A stretch of 64,000 bases of DNA from Amoebidium appalachense (taxonomy: Eukaryota > Protista > Ichthyosporea), in the NCBI GenBank assembly GCA_963693365.1, contig CAVNZM010000009.1:2978231-3042230 (forward strand). Reading direction: 5' to 3'. This document shows, in pieces, positions 46,766-64,000 of this stretch. Position numbers and translations under genes: made by a program. The first letter of the stretch is position 1. Every line of letters starts with the position of its first letter. A model generated the notes under the pieces. That model was not told where the DNA came from, ran no database searches, and worked only from the letters and a program-made list of their open reading frames with translations.

Positions 46766-47416
46766 TTGTTGTGGTTAACGGTTTGTTCAAGTCCTAATCA
46801 CATGTGGCAAAGGTCCATAGCCTATGCTCATAAATAACTCTTCAAACTTCAAGGAACACAATACACACACACGCACACACACACACACTCATGCATATGC
46901 ACGCACACTCACACGTGCACACATGTACAGGCACGCTCGTGCACCCACGCACACACACGCACACACACTCACTAGGCTACAAATAATAACGCACGCACAC
47001 ACACACACACACTAGGCTACAAAGAATACAATAAACAAACACACCAAGGTTTGAGCAGTCAATCGATTGTATGTATGTAAGTATGATGCCTTTAAATTCA
47101 CATTCCTAATTTTTTTTTGTTTTTAAAAATTAAGTATAAAATCTCTTGTGTAGCATACAGTCATCTGCAAATCTCTGTGGAAATATATGCCATTTTTTCT
47201 TAGTATACGTATATGGAAGATTATCTGAAAATCTCTTTTTCTTTTTTTTGTAAATGCCATCTTTTCTTATTTTTAGAGAACTAAAAAAAAGTATAGGAAT
47301 ATGGAAAGTTTGCTTAAAACTTCTTTTGAAATGTAAGATGTGCCATCTCGCGCTCTTCCTACTGTTATATGGAGAGAGGGAGAGAGAGATTGGGGGGGGG
47401 GGGGGGGGGGGGGCTG

Positions 47417-47447
<31 letters not shown>

Positions 47448-48870
47448 TCATCTATGTATATATTCCTATGATAGTTGTTTTGTTGTTTTTAGAAAAATAT
47501 GAAGACTGTTTTAAAATTTAGACCTTGTATTAAAATGCATCGCTTGTCAGCTGAGCAGCTGGCCTTTGCCTTTGCAATCGAATGAGAGTTGCAGTAGAGT
47601 GAAGTTTGCTGTGATGCAACTGAAAAATATCACACGTGGACTTGTACATTTTCTCTTATATCCCTGCACATGTACTCCTCGCCGCTGGATGCGAAACCCT
47701 ATACCCACTTATCTATCGGAGGCGGTGTGGATGTTATGACCCTGAAATAATGTAATAGGTCAATTTTAAACATGTATCATGATAAACATTAAATGTTTAT
47801 AGTATATTAACCGTTTACCTTATCCAAGGGTGTCACGTGTCATGCATCCCGGTGCAGTGTGCGTGTGGAAAAGGGGCGGATCCGGGGTACGGTGTGTGTG
47901 TGTGTGGGTGCCCCGCGGGGAGAGGGGGGAGGGGGGCGGGGGACCTTTAGGTAGTTGGTTTGTGCACAGAGTATGCATCATACACATTTGTGTAAAATCT
48001 AGCTGGTGCGGAAACTTTGGGAATACGTCTTGATCGATCAGCTCAGTAAACCTATCCTTAAGAGGGGGAGAGGGGGGGGGGGATCGGACTACACAAGTGC
48101 ACCCCGTATTTTCAATCCTGCATATATAACAGCAAGTTTTATTCAAGCCCATTTATTGGTCGCGGGTAATTATAAACTTTAAATAATTATACGTGCACAG
48201 GAATTATCACAGTGACCACAAGTATTCGTACACACACAGCCACACATCCAAAAACTTAGGCTAAGCTTAAGGCTGATAATAAGCAGCCTCATAATAAGTA
48301 TAATTCAACACGTTATTCTATTCTTAAACGATTTAGGATGTGGCCTATGTATTCATATGCGTGCATGAAAGTTTTACGGCACCATGATAATAAAAGAATC
48401 GATAATTTCCCCCGGCGTTTATCATGAGAATTACCAATTAACTTTACGTTCAAAGTGTCCAACCATCCCAGTGGCAAGGAAAGGTGGTCCACTTGCCGGT
48501 TATAGCATTACTAACTGTTTTCATGTTCGAGCATAGGCAAAAGAGTGGTTAAAAAAAAAAAAAAAAAAAAGGTGCAAACCATAGAAAAGTGCTATGGCAC
48601 GATATAGTAGCGCATAGTAGTACATAAAACGCTTCGTCGTAGTTACAACATATTTCTTAGAACCGGAAATCGAATTTTCACGACATGTGATTGTAAGACA
48701 TGTATAAGTCGTTACTTCAAGTTAGAACAGGGTCGTAATAGAGAGAACTTGCCATCAAACCTTAAGAAAGGCTGAAAAAACATTCAATAGTACTGACTAA
48801 AGTTTCTTGCCTGGTGATGTGATGGGGGTGCTTGATGTCAAATCTTTGAATTCAGAGCCCTACGGTTATG

Positions 48871-48919
<49 letters not shown>

Positions 48920-49055
48920 ATGCATGTCTGATGATTGCAGAGCATGCTTACGCGAGAACACCACAACAATACTCGTGAGCACACAACAGCATGTGCCCCA
49001 ACCTTTCATATTATTTACACACACACACACACACACACACCATTATGCCCGTCCC

Positions 49056-63846
<14,791 letters not shown>

Positions 63847-64000
63847 TGCCTGTGTGTAGGTGAATTTCAATGTCAGATTAGTTACAAAAGGCAAACACGT
63901 CATGCGAGTCGTTCTGCTACATTGCCCGTTATTACACATCTCTCTCTCTCTCTCTCCTCCTCCTCCCCCCCCCCCCCCCCCCCCGGCTCTCCACCCCCCC

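Overview
Eukaryotic genomic DNA, very rich in microsatellites ((CA)n/(GT)n, (GA)n, poly-C/poly-G). Most ORFs in the track are repeat artefacts, and the real genes are split into short GT-AG exons that I assembled by hand. Supported genes: an intronless syntenin-like tandem-PDZ gene; a 9-exon STRAP/UNRIP WD40 gene; a protein with 16 NxIxGN heptads ending in PPSY and SRL; an unidentified spliced minus-strand gene fragment; an SDR9C/RDH-like dehydrogenase lacking its first exon(s); a frameshifted F-box/LRR gene; a RAP-domain (FASTK-like) gene with a tandem pseudogene copy; and a 16-exon KCNQ/Kv7-like K+ channel. Mobile DNA: a non-autonomous hAT-like element (8-bp TSD), a solo LTR (6-bp TSD), an LTR plus tRNA-iMet-type primer-binding site (PBS), and an abundant ~120-bp dispersed element. 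The most unusual signals are that this element is sense-oriented in every host intron, that (CA)n replaces the polypyrimidine tract at many 3' splice sites, and that some tandem arrays are built from copied splice acceptors. Gene content suggests a holozoan, possibly unicellular, but that is inference. Single extra bases in homopolymers suggest long-read assembly errors.
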